Part shown: positions 18,741-29,942 of the stretch, piece by piece | Numbering within the stretch: position 1 is the stretch's first letter | How the letters are laid out: each line of letters begins with the position of its first letter | Source: Bacillota bacterium | Lineage (GTDB): Bacteria > Bacillota > Sulfobacillia > RBS10-35 > Bu92 | Direction of reading: 5' to 3' | NCBI GenBank assembly: GCA_014896375.1 | Contig: JADBKN010000046.1 | Span: 3,376-67,375 of the forward strand | Length of the DNA stretch: 64,000 nt | Notes under the pieces: generated by a model | Seen by the model: only the letters and a program-made list of their open reading frames with translations | What the model was told of the DNA's origin: nothing | The model's database searches: none | Translations under genes and position numbers: made by a program

Positions 18741-20479
18741 TGTTCGCCGCCGTCATCCACGGCGCCTCCGTGATCGCTGCGGCGCTGGCGATCGCGTGGC
18801 CGCTTGGACGATACATCGCACGTGTGTTCCGCGGAGACCGAACGACGCTGCACGGCGTCCTGCACCCCATCGAACGAGCGTGCTACCGAATGTGCCGGAT
18901 CGATCCCGCCGCGGAAATGACGTGGTCGGCCTACGCAACGGCAACCGTCCTCTTTGGCGCGGTGAGTGTGACCGGGCTCTACCTGTTGCAACGCGTTCAA
19001 GGGAACCTGCCTCTGAACCCCCTTCACCTGTCCGCGGTACGCCCCGATCTGGCGTTCAACACTGCCGTCTCGTTCGTTACGAACACCAACTGGCAGGCTT
19101 ATGTGGGTGAGCAGACCATGAGCACGCTCACCCAGATGACAGGCTTGGCCGTGCAGAATTTCGCCTCTGCCGCAACCGGCCTTGCTGTGGCGGTGGCGCT
19201 GATACGCGGCCTGACGCGTCGTGAGGCCGCCACCCTGGGGAACTTTTGGGTGGACCTGACGCGCTCGGTCCTATATGTGCTGCTGCCACTGGCGCTGCTG
19301 TTCGCGCTTATCCTGGTCTCGCAGGGCGTGGTGCAGACGTTCGGGGGGCCTGTGGAGGCCCATCTGCTCAACCCTCCCCAGGGGGCCGGCCATGCGCCCA
19401 CGGATATCCAAGTCATCCCGCGGGGTCCGGTCGCTTCCCAAGAGTCAATCAAGCTTCTTGGCACCAACGGAGGGGGATATTTCGGGGCCAATTCGGCCCA
19501 CCCGTTCGAAAACCCCACCCCTTTCAGCAATTGGCTGGAAATGGTGGCTATGCTGGTGATCCCTTTTGCCCTGCCCTTTACGTTGGGTGAGTTCGCCGGG
19601 CACCGCCGGCATGCCTGGACTCTCTGGGTCGTGATGGCCACGCTGCTCTTCGTCGGCATGGGTGTTGCCGTGTGGTCGGAGGCGCAGGGGAACCCTCTTG
19701 TCGCCGAGGCTGGTGGCATGGACAAGGTCCCATCGCCAAACCTTGAGGGCAAGGAGGTGCGGTTCGGTCCCCTAGACTCTGCCCTATTTGCTGCAGTGAC
19801 CACGGGTACGTCGACAGGAGCGGTCGACTCCTCTCACGATTCGTACACCCCCTTAGGGGGTCTGGTGCCCCTGTGGTTGATGCTGTTGGGCGAAGTGGCG
19901 CCTGGAGGTGTGGGGTCGGGCCTATACGGGATGCTCGTCATGGTGGTGATCGCCGTATTCGTGGCGGGCCTGATGGTGGGCCGTACACCGGAGTATCTAG
20001 GCAAGAAGATCGAGCCCTTTGAGATGAAGATGGCCGCGCTCTACTTCCTCATTATGCCGGCCCTCATCCTCGTGGCTACGGCTCTGGCCTTAGTTACCCC
20101 CGAGGGTGCCAGGGGAATCACCAATCCGGGCCCTCACGGGCTCAGCCAGGTGCTCTACGCGTTCACCTCGGCGGCCAACAACAACGGCAGTGCTTTTGCA
20201 GGCTTACTGGCTGACTCCACCTTCTACAATACGGCCACCGGACTCATCATGTTCATGGGCCGGTTCTGGATGATGATCCCCGTTCTCGCCATGGCGGGTT
20301 CGTTGGCACGTAAGAAAGTGCGCCCCGTAACCGCGGGCACCCTGCCGCTCCACGGATTCCTCTTTGCAGGGTGGTTGCTAGCGGTGATCCTGATCGCCGG
20401 TGCGCTCAACTTCCTGCCCGTTCTTGCTCTTGGTCCGGTTGTGGAGCATCTGCTCATGGCGCAGGGGAGGTCGTTCTGA
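18737..20479 (+). CDS. kdpA: K+-transporting ATPase subunit A
   Basis: [43 protein letters not shown]. Confidence 0.97.
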   Translation: MMFAAVIHGASVIAAALAIAWPLGRYIARVFRGDRTTLHGVLHPIERACYRMCRIDPAAEMTWSAYATATVLFGAVSVTGLYLLQRVQGNLPLNPLHLSAVRPDLAFNTAVSFVTNTNWQAYVGEQTMSTLTQMTGLAVQNFASAATGLAVAVALIRGLTRREAATLGNFWVDLTRSVLYVLLPLALLFALILVSQGVVQTFGGPVEAHLLNPPQGAGHAPTDIQVIPRGPVASQESIKLLGTNGGGYFGANSAHPFENPTPFSNWLEMVAMLVIPFALPFTLGEFAGHRRHAWTLWVVMATLLFVGMGVAVWSEAQGNPLVAEAGGMDKVPSPNLEGKEVRFGPLDSALFAAVTTGTSTGAVDSSHDSYTPLGGLVPLWLMLLGEVAPGGVGSGLYGMLVMVVIAVFVAGLMVGRTPEYLGKKIEPFEMKMAALYFLIMPALILVATALALVTPEGARGITNPGPHGLSQVLYAFTSAANNNGSAFAGLLADSTFYNTATGLIMFMGRFWMMIPVLAMAGSLARKKVRPVTAGTLPLHGFLFAGWLLAVILIAGALNFLPVLALGPVVEHLLMAQGRSF

Positions 20480-22563
20480 TGGCGCCCCGGTCGTTCGGCG
20501 TCGTTTCCCGCGGCTCATGGGTGAGGCAAGCGCTCGTCGCGGCCGTGGTCAAGCTCAATCCTGTCCATCAGGTACGTAACCCTGTGATGTTCGTCGTAGA
20601 GGTCGGGGGAATCCTTACCACCGTCTTGTGGGTGCAAGCGTGGACCGGTCGGGGAGAGGCGCCGGCGAGCTTCATCGGTCAGGTGACGCTCTGGCTATGG
20701 TTCACTGTGCTGTTCGCCAACTTCGCCGAGGCATTGGCTGAGGGACGTGGAAAGGCCCACGCGGAAGCTCTGCGCCGCACGCGGCGGGACGTGATGGCTA
20801 GGCGCCTTCAAAGCCCTGAGCGCGACTCTCCGTATGAGGTGGTACCTGCGCAGGATCTTCGTAAGGGCGAATTCGTGCTCGTCGAAGCGGGAGACATCGT
20901 CCCCGTGGACGGTGAGGCGGTGCTCGGGGTTGCTGCCGTTGACGAAAGCGCCATAACAGGAGAGAGCGCACCCGTAATTCGGGAGTCCGGCGGTGACCGA
21001 AGCGCTGTCACGGGAGGTACGCGTATCCTCAGCGACTGGCTGGTCATTCGCGTCACCGCGAACCCTGGTGAGACATTCCTGGACCACATGATCGCTTTAG
21101 TAGAAGGGGCCAGGCGCAAAAAGACGCCCAACGAGGTCGCGCTCGGTGTCCTCCTTACCAGCTTTACGATCGTCTTCCTGCTGGTCTGCGCGACGTTGCT
21201 GCCCATCTCAAGCCACAGCGCCATGGCCGCGGGACGGGGGACCACTGTGCCCCTGACCATGCTGGTGGCTCTCTTGGTTGCCCTCATCCCCACGACCATC
21301 GGTGGCCTGTTAAGTGCCATAGGAATCGCTGGAATGAATCGTCTAGTCAAGCGCAACGTGCTGGCGCTATCCGGGCGGGCCATTGAGGCAGCCGGAGACG
21401 TGGACGTCCTGCTTCTCGACAAGACGGGCACGATTACACTGGGCAATCGCCAAGCGGTGGCCTTCCTCCCAGCCACCGGATTGGACGAGAAGACGCTGGC
21501 GGAGGCCGCCCAGCTGGCGTCGCTGGCGGACGAAACGCCGGAGGGTCGGAGCATCGTGGTACTGGCCAAAGAACGGCACGGGTTGCGGGCGCGTGATCTG
21601 CAGGCTACAGGGGCGGTGTTCGTTCCGTTCACGGCACACACCCGAATGAGCGGGGTCGACCTACCCGGGCGCCAGATCCGCAAAGGAGCGGCCGACGCCA
21701 TCCGCGCTTGGGTGGGTGGAAGCCTGCCAGCGGATATCGAGGCCACCGTACGCGAAATTGCGACCGGCGGCGGCACACCCTTGGTGGTGGCGGAGGCGGG
21801 GGATGGCGGGCGGCGGGTCCTGGGAGTGGTCCACCTCAAGGATGTGGTCAAGGGCGGCATCCGTGAGCGTTTCGAGCAACTGCGCCGGATCGGCATTCAG
21901 ACGGTGATGATCACTGGGGACAACCCTTTGACTGCGGCCGCGATCGCAGCAGAGTCGGGCGTCGATGACTTCCTGGCGGAGGCTAAGCCGGAGGATAAGC
22001 TGCGGTTGATCCGTGAACTCCAGGCTCAGGGCCACATCGTCGCTATGACTGGGGACGGGACGAATGACGCGCCCGCGTTGGCACAGGCGGACGTGGCGGT
22101 GGCCATGAATACTGGAACCCAAGCGGCCAAGGAAGCGGCCAACATGATCGATTTAGACAGCAATCCGACCAAGCTCATCGACATCGTCGAAGTCGGCAAA
22201 CAGCTCTTGATGACTCGGGGTGCGCTGACCACCTTCAGCCTTGCCAATGACATCGCGAAGTATTTTGCCATCATACCGGCCATGTTTGCACCCATCTATC
22301 CGGAGCTGAAGGTTCTCAACTTAATGGCCTTACACAATCCCGCGAGTGCTATCCTCTCCGCCATTATATTTAACGCGCTCATCATTCCGGCGCTGATCCC
22401 CATTGCCCTGCGCGGAGTTCGCTATCGCGCATTGGACGCTGGGGCGCTACTGCGTCAGAATCTACTGGTTTACGGGTTGGGCGGCGTGGCGGTGCCCTTT
22501 CTAGGCATAAAGGTCATCGATTGGATTGTGGTCGCACTCGGGATGGTCGGGTGGGGAGGATAA
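20479..22563 (+). CDS. kdpB: K+-transporting ATPase subunit B
   Basis: [43 protein letters not shown]. Confidence 0.97.
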   Translation: MAPRSFGVVSRGSWVRQALVAAVVKLNPVHQVRNPVMFVVEVGGILTTVLWVQAWTGRGEAPASFIGQVTLWLWFTVLFANFAEALAEGRGKAHAEALRRTRRDVMARRLQSPERDSPYEVVPAQDLRKGEFVLVEAGDIVPVDGEAVLGVAAVDESAITGESAPVIRESGGDRSAVTGGTRILSDWLVIRVTANPGETFLDHMIALVEGARRKKTPNEVALGVLLTSFTIVFLLVCATLLPISSHSAMAAGRGTTVPLTMLVALLVALIPTTIGGLLSAIGIAGMNRLVKRNVLALSGRAIEAAGDVDVLLLDKTGTITLGNRQAVAFLPATGLDEKTLAEAAQLASLADETPEGRSIVVLAKERHGLRARDLQATGAVFVPFTAHTRMSGVDLPGRQIRKGAADAIRAWVGGSLPADIEATVREIATGGGTPLVVAEAGDGGRRVLGVVHLKDVVKGGIRERFEQLRRIGIQTVMITGDNPLTAAAIAAESGVDDFLAEAKPEDKLRLIRELQAQGHIVAMTGDGTNDAPALAQADVAVAMNTGTQAAKEAANMIDLDSNPTKLIDIVEVGKQLLMTRGALTTFSLANDIAKYFAIIPAMFAPIYPELKVLNLMALHNPASAILSAIIFNALIIPALIPIALRGVRYRALDAGALLRQNLLVYGLGGVAVPFLGIKVIDWIVVALGMVGWGG

Positions 22564-22569
22564 GCGGAA

Positions 22570-23133
22570 GTGTGGACAGCACTACGAATGTTTCTAGCCC
22601 TAACGGTGTTGACCGGCATGGTCTACCCGATCGTCGTCACGACCCTGGCACAGGCTCTGTTCCCTCAACAGGCCGAGGGCAGCCTGGTGGTACGGCAGGG
22701 CGAAATTGTGGGCTCCAAGTTGATCGGGCAGCCTTTTTCCGATCCTCGCTACTTTTGGCCACGCCCGTCGGCCACGCCCGGTGTGCCCTATAACTCTCTA
22801 TCGTCGGCGGCCTCCAATCTGGGCCCAACAAACCGGCGGCTGATCCAGGAGGTCGGTCTTCGTGCCGCTTCCTGGCGTGCCGCGGACCCAGATACGCCTA
22901 GCCCCGTGCCGGCGGACCTTGTGACAGCGTCCGCCAGTGGGCTCGATCCGCATATCAGTGTGCAGGGCGCTCTCTACCAAGCGCGGCGGGTGGCGAGGGC
23001 GCGCGGGCTCCCAGAGGAAGTTGTGCGGGATCTTGTACTCCGTCATGTTGAATCCCGTGCCCTAGGCCTTTTCGGTGAGCCGCGAGTGAACGTGCTATTG
23101 TTGAACCTACAGCTCGATCGGCTCGGCCGATAG
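22570..23133 (+). CDS. kdpC: K+-transporting ATPase subunit C
   Basis: GSKLIGQPF...YFWPRPSA, SNLGP, DLVTASASGLDPHIS, GEPRVNVLLLN. Confidence 0.97.
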   Translation: MWTALRMFLALTVLTGMVYPIVVTTLAQALFPQQAEGSLVVRQGEIVGSKLIGQPFSDPRYFWPRPSATPGVPYNSLSSAASNLGPTNRRLIQEVGLRAASWRAADPDTPSPVPADLVTASASGLDPHISVQGALYQARRVARARGLPEEVVRDLVLRHVESRALGLFGEPRVNVLLLNLQLDRLGR

Positions 23134-23146
23134 GAGGGCCGGTGAT

Positions 23147-25849
23147 TTGGAACGCGACGAGCGCCCGAACACGGAGGATCTGCTCGAGGCCGCACAAATG
23201 GAAGAGGAGGCGCGGCACCGCGGCAGGCTCAAGATCTTCTTCGGCTACGCCGCTGGAGTGGGCAAGACGTATGCCATGCTTGAGGCCGCGCGCCAGCGCA
23301 AGAACGAGGGCGCTGACGTAGTCGTCGGCTATGTCGAGACACATGGACGGAAAGAGACGGAGGCCCTACTCGACGGTCTGGAAATCATCCCCCGGCGCAG
23401 GGTGCCCTACCGCAACGTGGCCCTTGAAGAGATGGACCTCGACGCCATTCTTGAGCGCCGGCCCGAGCTGGTGTTGGTGGATGAGCTGGCCCACACCAAC
23501 GCCCCCGGTTCTCGCCACCTTAAGCGTTACCAGGATGTGGAGGAGCTCCTGAGCGCCGGCATTCACGTGTACACGACGCTCAATGTTCAGCATTTGGAGA
23601 GTTTTAACGATGTTGTGGCTCAGATTACTGGAATCCGCGTGCGGGAGACGGTCCCAGACCGGATTTTCGACAAGGCGGACGAGATCGAGCTCATCGACCT
23701 GCCTCCGGAGGAACTCCTGCAACGCCTTAAGGAAGGCAAAGTATACATTCCCGAACAAGCGGAGCGAGCCATACGTAAGTTCTTCCGGCCCGGGAATCTG
23801 CTGGCTTTGAGGGAGCTGGCGCTGCGGCGGACGGCGCAGCGTGTGGACCGGCAGATGAGGGCCTATATGGTGACGCACGGCATCCCGGGCCCGTGGCCGG
23901 CAGCCGAACGGGTTCTGGTTTGCTTGGGGCCAACACCTATGGCGGAGCAGCTCGTACGGACGGCACATCGGCTGGCGGCACATCTGGATGCCGAGTGGTT
24001 TGCCCTCCACGTGGATACACCGGCGGACCGGGAGCGGCCGCCCGCTGAGCAGGACCTGGTACGCCGCGCTTTGAGACTCGCGGAGGAGTTGGGCGGCAAG
24101 GCGGTCACTGTGCCTGGGCTGGATGTGGCCGCGGAGATCATCCATTACGCCAAGGCTCATAACATCACGAAGATCGTGCTGGGGAAGTCCCCCGGATCCC
24201 GTTGGCGCGAGGTGCTGAGGACATCAATCGTCGACCATATCCTGCAGCACAGCGATCACGTGGATGTGCATATCATCAGCGCCCGAGGTGATGCGTTTCG
24301 GAGGACACGATGGCGCGTCGGCCGCACGTCGGGAACCCTCCGGGGGGTCCTGGCCGGCAGTGCCCTGGTGGCGGCTGTGACGGTGGCGGGGCACCTGGCG
24401 CTCGGCCATATTGTGCCAGTAAACCTTGTTATGTTCTATCTGCTCGCGGTCGTCATCGCGGGTTTGTGCTGGGGACAGGCATCGGCGGTAGTGGCCTCAT
24501 TGCTCGGTGTTCTCGCCTTCGATTACTTCTTTGTGCCGCCCAGGTTGAGCTTCGGAGTCTCTGATGCCCAATACCTGATCACGTTTGCTGGGCTCCTCAC
24601 AGTGGCGCTGACGGTAGGTTCCTTGACGGGCAGGCTGCGAGAGCAAGTCGAGCTGGCACGGCAGCGGGAGCGGGAGAACGCCATGGTTTACGATCTGACC
24701 CGCGCACTGGTCGCTGCCCAGACGGTGGATGAGATCGCCCGCATTGTGGTGCGGGAGTTAGAGCGGTCGGGCTGGCAGGCGGCGGTACTCCTTCCGGATG
24801 GGGGCGCACTGCGAGCTGTGACGGCGAGTCCGGGCCTGCATCTTGACGACAAGGAAAACGCTGCGGCGAACTGGACATATCGCTACGGCCAGCCCTCTGG
24901 ACGAGGGGAGAAGACCCTTCCCGGCACCCGGGCGCGCTACCTGCCACTGCGTGGGGGGAAAGGTGTGCTCGGCACGCTGGCAGTGGCGGGCGTGGGAGAG
25001 GCGGAGATCCAGAGCCCCGGGCACCGCCGCGTTCTGGACGCATTGGCTGCCCAGGTCGCCACAGCCATCGAGAGGGCGCAGCTGGCTGAGGAAGCGCGGC
25101 GTGCACAACTGGCCTCGGAAGCGGAGCGTCTGTATGCCATCCTACTGAACTCCGTCTCCCACGACCTGCGCACGCCGCTCGCCACCATCATCGGCGCATT
25201 GTCGGCGCTGACCCGGGCGAAGCACACGCCAGCCGATCCAGAGTGGAGTGAGCTCCTCGAAACTGCACGTGAGGAAGCTGATCGCCTGAACCGGCTCGTC
25301 GGGAACCTTCTCGATATCACGCGGTTGCAGGCGGGGCGCCCGCAATTGCTATTGGACTGGTGTGACCTGGAAGACGTCGTCAGCCACGCTCTCGAACAGA
25401 TGACGCCGTACCTCAAGGACCGGCCGGTGCGGGTGCTCTCGGACGCCGGGTTGCCGCTCGTTCGTGCCGACCAGGGTCTGATGACACAAGTGCTGATCAA
25501 CCTATTGGACAACGCGGCAAAATACTCGCCCCCAGGGAGTCCGATCGAGATTTCTCTGAGGAAGGGAAACGGCGAGGTGCACGTTCAGATCGCGGACCGG
25601 GGGCAAGGCATCCCGGAGCAGCACCGGGAGCGTGTGTTCGAGAAGTTCTATCGGGTGGAACAGCCCGGTAGCCCACCGGGCACCGGCTTGGGCCTCGCCA
25701 TTTGTAAGACAGCGGTGGAGGCCCACGGTGGACACATTTGGTTGGAACCACGTCCGCGCGGGGGCACGGTGGTGACCTTCTCCCTTCCGGCGGCCAGGGG
25801 AAAGGAGGTAGAGCAGGGCGATGACACGCACGGCGACTCAGCGGGGTGA
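23147..25849 (+). CDS. kdpD: Sensor histidine kinase KdpD
   Basis: GRLKIFFGYAAGVGKTYAML, DELAHTN, Usp-like domain, 4 TM, GAF, SHDLRTPL, GTGLGLAI. Confidence 0.97.
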   Translation: MERDERPNTEDLLEAAQMEEEARHRGRLKIFFGYAAGVGKTYAMLEAARQRKNEGADVVVGYVETHGRKETEALLDGLEIIPRRRVPYRNVALEEMDLDAILERRPELVLVDELAHTNAPGSRHLKRYQDVEELLSAGIHVYTTLNVQHLESFNDVVAQITGIRVRETVPDRIFDKADEIELIDLPPEELLQRLKEGKVYIPEQAERAIRKFFRPGNLLALRELALRRTAQRVDRQMRAYMVTHGIPGPWPAAERVLVCLGPTPMAEQLVRTAHRLAAHLDAEWFALHVDTPADRERPPAEQDLVRRALRLAEELGGKAVTVPGLDVAAEIIHYAKAHNITKIVLGKSPGSRWREVLRTSIVDHILQHSDHVDVHIISARGDAFRRTRWRVGRTSGTLRGVLAGSALVAAVTVAGHLALGHIVPVNLVMFYLLAVVIAGLCWGQASAVVASLLGVLAFDYFFVPPRLSFGVSDAQYLITFAGLLTVALTVGSLTGRLREQVELARQRERENAMVYDLTRALVAAQTVDEIARIVVRELERSGWQAAVLLPDGGALRAVTASPGLHLDDKENAAANWTYRYGQPSGRGEKTLPGTRARYLPLRGGKGVLGTLAVAGVGEAEIQSPGHRRVLDALAAQVATAIERAQLAEEARRAQLASEAERLYAILLNSVSHDLRTPLATIIGALSALTRAKHTPADPEWSELLETAREEADRLNRLVGNLLDITRLQAGRPQLLLDWCDLEDVVSHALEQMTPYLKDRPVRVLSDAGLPLVRADQGLMTQVLINLLDNAAKYSPPGSPIEISLRKGNGEVHVQIADRGQGIPEQHRERVFEKFYRVEQPGSPPGTGLGLAICKTAVEAHGGHIWLEPRPRGGTVVTFSLPAARGKEVEQGDDTHGDSAG

Positions 25850-26552
25850 AGACAATCGACTCGCCCGAGTGCTGGTGGTGGACGACGAGCGGCCGATGCG
25901 GCGTCTTCTACGCGTGGTACTGGCGGGCGAGGGGTATGAGGTACTGGAGGCAGAGGATGCCAGCACAGCCGTTCGCACGGCCGCGGCGGACCGACCAGAT
26001 GCCATCATTCTCGATCTGGGACTGCCGGACGGCGACGGTATTGAGGTGATCGAGCGCGTGCGCGAGTGGTCTGCTGTACCCATCATCGTGTTGTCCGTGC
26101 GCGACCAAGAACGGGAGAAGATCCGCGCGTTGGACGCGGGCGCCGATGACTATTTGACCAAGCCTTTTGGGACTGGTGAGCTCCTAGCGCGCCTAAGGGC
26201 TGCTCTCCGGCGCATCGTGCGGACGGCCGATGAACCCGTGGTCACGCTGGGGGACCTTGCGGTTGATGTGGTCCGGCGCAGGGTCACGGTCCGTGGCCAG
26301 GAAGTGCACTTGACGAGTACTGAATACACACTCCTCAAGACCTTGGCCGTCAATGCAGGCAAGGTGATGACGCACAGGCAGCTGCTGCGTGCTGTTTGGG
26401 GCCCCGGGTACGAGGACGCCGTGCACTTACTACGGGTGAACATGAGCAATCTTCGGCGCAAGATCGAGCCGGATCCCGTCAAACCGTGCTACCTGATCAC
26501 GGAACCGGGGGTGGGTTACCGCCTGCGGGAGGCTCCGCAGACGGGTCAGTAA
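25821..26552 (+). CDS. kdpE: Response regulator KdpE (OmpR family)
   Basis: VLVVDDE, LDLGLPD, GADDYLTKPF, winged helix ...YLITEPGVGYR. Confidence 0.95.
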   Translation: MTRTATQRGEDNRLARVLVVDDERPMRRLLRVVLAGEGYEVLEAEDASTAVRTAAADRPDAIILDLGLPDGDGIEVIERVREWSAVPIIVLSVRDQEREKIRALDAGADDYLTKPFGTGELLARLRAALRRIVRTADEPVVTLGDLAVDVVRRRVTVRGQEVHLTSTEYTLLKTLAVNAGKVMTHRQLLRAVWGPGYEDAVHLLRVNMSNLRRKIEPDPVKPCYLITEPGVGYRLREAPQTGQ

Positions 26553-26673
26553 ACATTCCTGTGGGCGCTAAGAGAGCGGGTTTGAGCAGAGGAAGACCGC
26601 CTCAGTAGGATGGGACTTGCCACGGGTCAAAGCCCTCACTAAAAAGTCCCATCGAGCAAGGGAGGCGGTCTAC

Positions 26674-26916
26674 ATGAAGCGTAAGGCATACGAGCGGCTG
26701 AATCAAAGGGTGGCCCGCATCCGGCCCACGACGCTGGTGGTGGGCATCGACATCGCCAAGAAGCGCCATGCCGCGCAGGCGGTGGACTTTCGCGGTGTAG
26801 TGCTCAATCACCGTGCTCACGTGTTTGCCAACAGCGAAAAGGGGTTTGAGTGCTTCGAGGCCTGGATTCGCGACTTACAAGCCGAACACGGCATGGACGA
26901 CGTCGTGGTGGGCCTA
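26674..26916 (+). mobile_element. IS110-family transposase, N-terminal stub
   Basis: GGGAGG RBS; TLVVGIDIAKKRH.A...F.N...GF..F..W....VVVGL, breaking exactly before the conserved E-x-T-G of the RuvC-like DEDD domain. Confidence 0.85.
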
Positions 26917-27023
26917 AATCACCATCCGTCGCCACCTCTTGCTCCGGTCGGCTGCGCACACGGCCGCTCAAGGTCTATCCGAGAGGACAGAGAGACTCAC
27001 CACACACCGACCAGCTTGGAGCC
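26917..27023 (-). mobile_element. ISL3-like end remnant (IR at 26997-27023, then RBS and ATG at 26925)
   Basis: Minus strand GGCTCCAAGCTGGTCGGTGTGTGGTGA...GAGGTGGCGACGG-ATG, fused head-on to the IS110 stub. Confidence 0.55.
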
Positions 27024-27032
27024 TTGACCGCG

Positions 27033-27061
27033 TTGACACCGCGCAGCCCCTTGTGTAGCAT
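27033..27061 (+). promoter_or_regulatory. Sigma-A promoter of the met leader
   Basis: TTGACA-17 nt-TAGCAT. Confidence 0.7.
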
Positions 27062-27088
27062 TCAAGCCAAACTCCATACCGCTGGATT

Positions 27089-27213
27089 CTCTTATCCAGA
27101 GAGGCGGAGGGAGACGGCCCGATGAAGCCCGGCAACCGGCCTTGCCGCGCGGCACGTTCGCGGCGGGGTGGCGGTGCCAACTCCGGCGCGGCTGCGCCCG
27201 CGCGAGATGAGAG
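27089..27213 (+). ncRNA. SAM-I riboswitch (S-box)
   Basis: CTCTTATCCAGAGAGGCGGAGGGA..GGCCCGATGAAGCCCGGCAACC...GGTGCCAACTCC...AGATGAGAG upstream of metY-metX. Confidence 0.96.
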
Positions 27214-27240
27214 GAGGCCTGCATGGCGGTTCAGCGTGCG

Positions 27241-27268
27241 ACCTCTTCCATCGGAAGGGGTTTTTTTG
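27241..27268 (+). terminator. S-box terminator
   Basis: ACCTCTTCC-ATC-GGAAGGGGT followed by a T run. Confidence 0.85.
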
Positions 27269-27318
27269 TGGGGAGATCCAGCGGCCACTCTGGGGAGCCT
27301 GGAGGAGGCCGTTCCACC

Positions 27319-28620
27319 GTGACGATCGAACACGTTCACCTCGACACCCTCGCCGTCCACGCCGGGCAGAAGCCCGACCCCGCCACCAAGGCGCGCGCCG
27401 TGCCGATCTACGCCACCACCTCGTACGTCTTCGACAGCGCCGAGCACGCCGCGAACCTCTTCGCCCTGAAGGAGTTCGGCAACATCTACACGCGCATCAT
27501 GAACCCCACGACCGACGTGTTCGAGCAGCGCCTCGCCGCCCTTGAAGGCGGTGTGGGGGCGCTGGCCACGGCCTCGGGGCAGGCGGCGATCACCTTTGCC
27601 GTGCTCAACATCGCCAGGGCCGGCGAGAACATCGTCTCGGCCACAAGCCTCTATGGCGGCACGTGGAACCTCTTCGTCCACACGCTGCCGCGCCTCGGCG
27701 TGCAGGTGAAGCTCGTCGACCCGTCCGACCCGCAGAACTTCGCGCGCGCCATCGATGAGCGCACGAAGGCCGTGTACATCGAGGCGATCGGCAACCCGAA
27801 GCTCGACGTGCCGGATTTCGAGGCGATCGCGGACGTCGCCCACCGGCGCGGCATCCCCTTGATCGTCGACGCCACCTTCCTCACCCCGGCCCTCTTCCGG
27901 CCGTTTGAGCACGGCGCGGACATCGTTGTCCACTCCGCGACGAAGTTCATCGGCGGGCACGGGACGGCCATCGGCGGCGTGATCGTCGACGGCGGCCGCT
28001 TCGACTGGACGGGGAGCGGCAGGTTCCCGGAGCTCACGCAGCCGGACCCGACCTACCATGGCGTCGTCTACACGGAGGCGTTCGGCCCGGCGGCGTACAT
28101 CGTGAAGGCGCGCGTCCAGCTTCTACGCGACCTCGGTGCCTGCCTCTCGCCCTTCAACAGTTTCCTCTTCCTCCAGGGCCTGGAGACGCTCGGCCTCCGC
28201 ATGAAGCGCCACTCGGAGAACGCCCTCGCGGTCGCCGAGTGGTTGGCGGAACACCCCGGCGTCATGTGGGTGAACTATCCAGGCCTTCCTTCCCACCCGG
28301 ATCACGCGCGCGCCCGGCGCTACTTCCCGGAGGGGCAGGGCGCCATCCTTACGTTCGGCGTGAAGGGCGGCTACGAGGCCGCCAAGGAGGTCGTCGACCG
28401 CGTGGAGCTCTTCTCCCACCTCGCCAACGTGGGGGACGCGAAGTCGCTCATCATCCACCCGGCTTCGACGACGCACTCGCAGCTCACGGCCGCCGAGCAG
28501 CTGGAGGCGGGCGTGACGCCGGACATGATCCGGCTTTCGATCGGCCTCGAGGACGTGCGCGACCTCATCGCCGACCTCGACCAGGCGCTCAAGGCCGCGG
28601 GGCAGGCAGAGACGGCGTGA
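27319..28620 (+). CDS. metY: O-acetylhomoserine sulfhydrylase
   Basis: [22 protein letters not shown] (PLP lysine), [20 protein letters not shown]; S-box regulated. Confidence 0.95.
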   Translation: MTIEHVHLDTLAVHAGQKPDPATKARAVPIYATTSYVFDSAEHAANLFALKEFGNIYTRIMNPTTDVFEQRLAALEGGVGALATASGQAAITFAVLNIARAGENIVSATSLYGGTWNLFVHTLPRLGVQVKLVDPSDPQNFARAIDERTKAVYIEAIGNPKLDVPDFEAIADVAHRRGIPLIVDATFLTPALFRPFEHGADIVVHSATKFIGGHGTAIGGVIVDGGRFDWTGSGRFPELTQPDPTYHGVVYTEAFGPAAYIVKARVQLLRDLGACLSPFNSFLFLQGLETLGLRMKRHSENALAVAEWLAEHPGVMWVNYPGLPSHPDHARARRYFPEGQGAILTFGVKGGYEAAKEVVDRVELFSHLANVGDAKSLIIHPASTTHSQLTAAEQLEAGVTPDMIRLSIGLEDVRDLIADLDQALKAAGQAETA

Positions 28621-28631
28621 GGAGGAGACCC

Positions 28632-29894
28632 GTGCGCGCCGGCGCCGTGCCACGCAAGGCGGTGCGCACGGACCGCCTTCCGCCCGACCTGCGAGTGCTG
28701 CGCGTCGCGGGTCAGGGGGAGTTCGCGCTGGAGAGCGGGGCGCGCTTCGGGCCGGTCGAGCTGGCCTACCAGACGTGGGGCGCATACGACCCGCACGCCT
28801 TTGACGGCGCGGGCAACGCCGTGCTCGTCTGCCACGCGCTCACCGGAGACAGCGACGCGCCCGGCTGGTGGCCGGGAGTGGTGGGGCCCGGGGGAGCGCT
28901 CGACCCCTCCCGCCACTTCATCATCTGCAGCAACGTGCTGGGCGGCTGCCGCGGCTCCACGGGCCCGGGGAGCCCGGACCCGGAGACCGGTCGCCCCTAC
29001 GGCCTGCACTTCCCCGTCATCACCGTCGGGGACATCGTCCGCGCCCAGGCGCGGCTCCTCGACGCGCTGGGCGTGGAGCGCCTGGCGCTGGTGACGGGCG
29101 GCTCCCTTGGAGGCATGCAGGCGCTGGCGTGGGCGCTGCTCTTCCCGGAGCGCCTGGCCGCGGCCGTGGTGATGGCCGCGCCGTGGGCGGCGTCGCCGAT
29201 GTCGATCGCCTGGAACGAGGTGGGCCGGCAGGCGATCCTCCTCGACCCGGACTTCGCCGGCGGCGACTACGCGCCCGGCGGCGGGCCGGCGCGCGGGCTG
29301 GCCGTGGCGCGCATGCTGGCCATGACCACCTACCGGAGCGGGGAGAGCTTCTGGCTGCGCCACGGCCGCGCCGAGGTGCCGGCCGGCGAGGATCCCGTGG
29401 CCGCGCGGCTCGGCGCCTACGCCACGCAGAGCCCCGCCGGCCACCCCTTCGGGCTGCGCTTCCAGATCGAGAGCTACCTCCACTACCAGGGAGAGAAGCT
29501 CGTCCGCCGCTACGACGCCAACACCTACCTCTACCTCACGCGCGCCATGGACCTCTTCGACGGGGACCGCCTCGCGGCGCAGGGGGCGGAGCGGCGCGCG
29601 GCCGCCGCGGCGCGCGGCCACCTGCCGGCCGTGCTGGCCGTCGGCATCGACAGCGACATCCTCTACACGGCCGAGGAGGTGCGAGAGGTGGCCGGCCGCC
29701 TGCGGCTCCTCGGCTACCCGGCGGACTACCGCGAGATCCGCAGCCCCCACGGGCACGACGCCTTCCTCATCGAGGCGGACGAGGCGGCCGCCTGCGTGGC
29801 CCAGGGGCTTGAGGCCGCGACGCGCGGCCCGGCCGTGGCGCGCGGCCCGGCCGTGGCCCACTGGGCGCACCGCGGCAACGCCTGGGGCGTGTAG
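28632..29894 (+). CDS. metX: Homoserine O-acetyltransferase
   Basis: VLVCHALTGD, SNVLGGC.GSTGP, GGSLGGMQA, SDILY, HGHDAFL. Confidence 0.93.
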   Translation: MRAGAVPRKAVRTDRLPPDLRVLRVAGQGEFALESGARFGPVELAYQTWGAYDPHAFDGAGNAVLVCHALTGDSDAPGWWPGVVGPGGALDPSRHFIICSNVLGGCRGSTGPGSPDPETGRPYGLHFPVITVGDIVRAQARLLDALGVERLALVTGGSLGGMQALAWALLFPERLAAAVVMAAPWAASPMSIAWNEVGRQAILLDPDFAGGDYAPGGGPARGLAVARMLAMTTYRSGESFWLRHGRAEVPAGEDPVAARLGAYATQSPAGHPFGLRFQIESYLHYQGEKLVRRYDANTYLYLTRAMDLFDGDRLAAQGAERRAAAAARGHLPAVLAVGIDSDILYTAEEVREVAGRLRLLGYPADYREIRSPHGHDAFLIEADEAAACVAQGLEAATRGPAVARGPAVAHWAHRGNAWGV

Positions 29895-29942
29895 GCGAAA
29901 GGCCCCGCGGGGGCGAATCCGTCCCGTGGAGGGGATGCGCCC

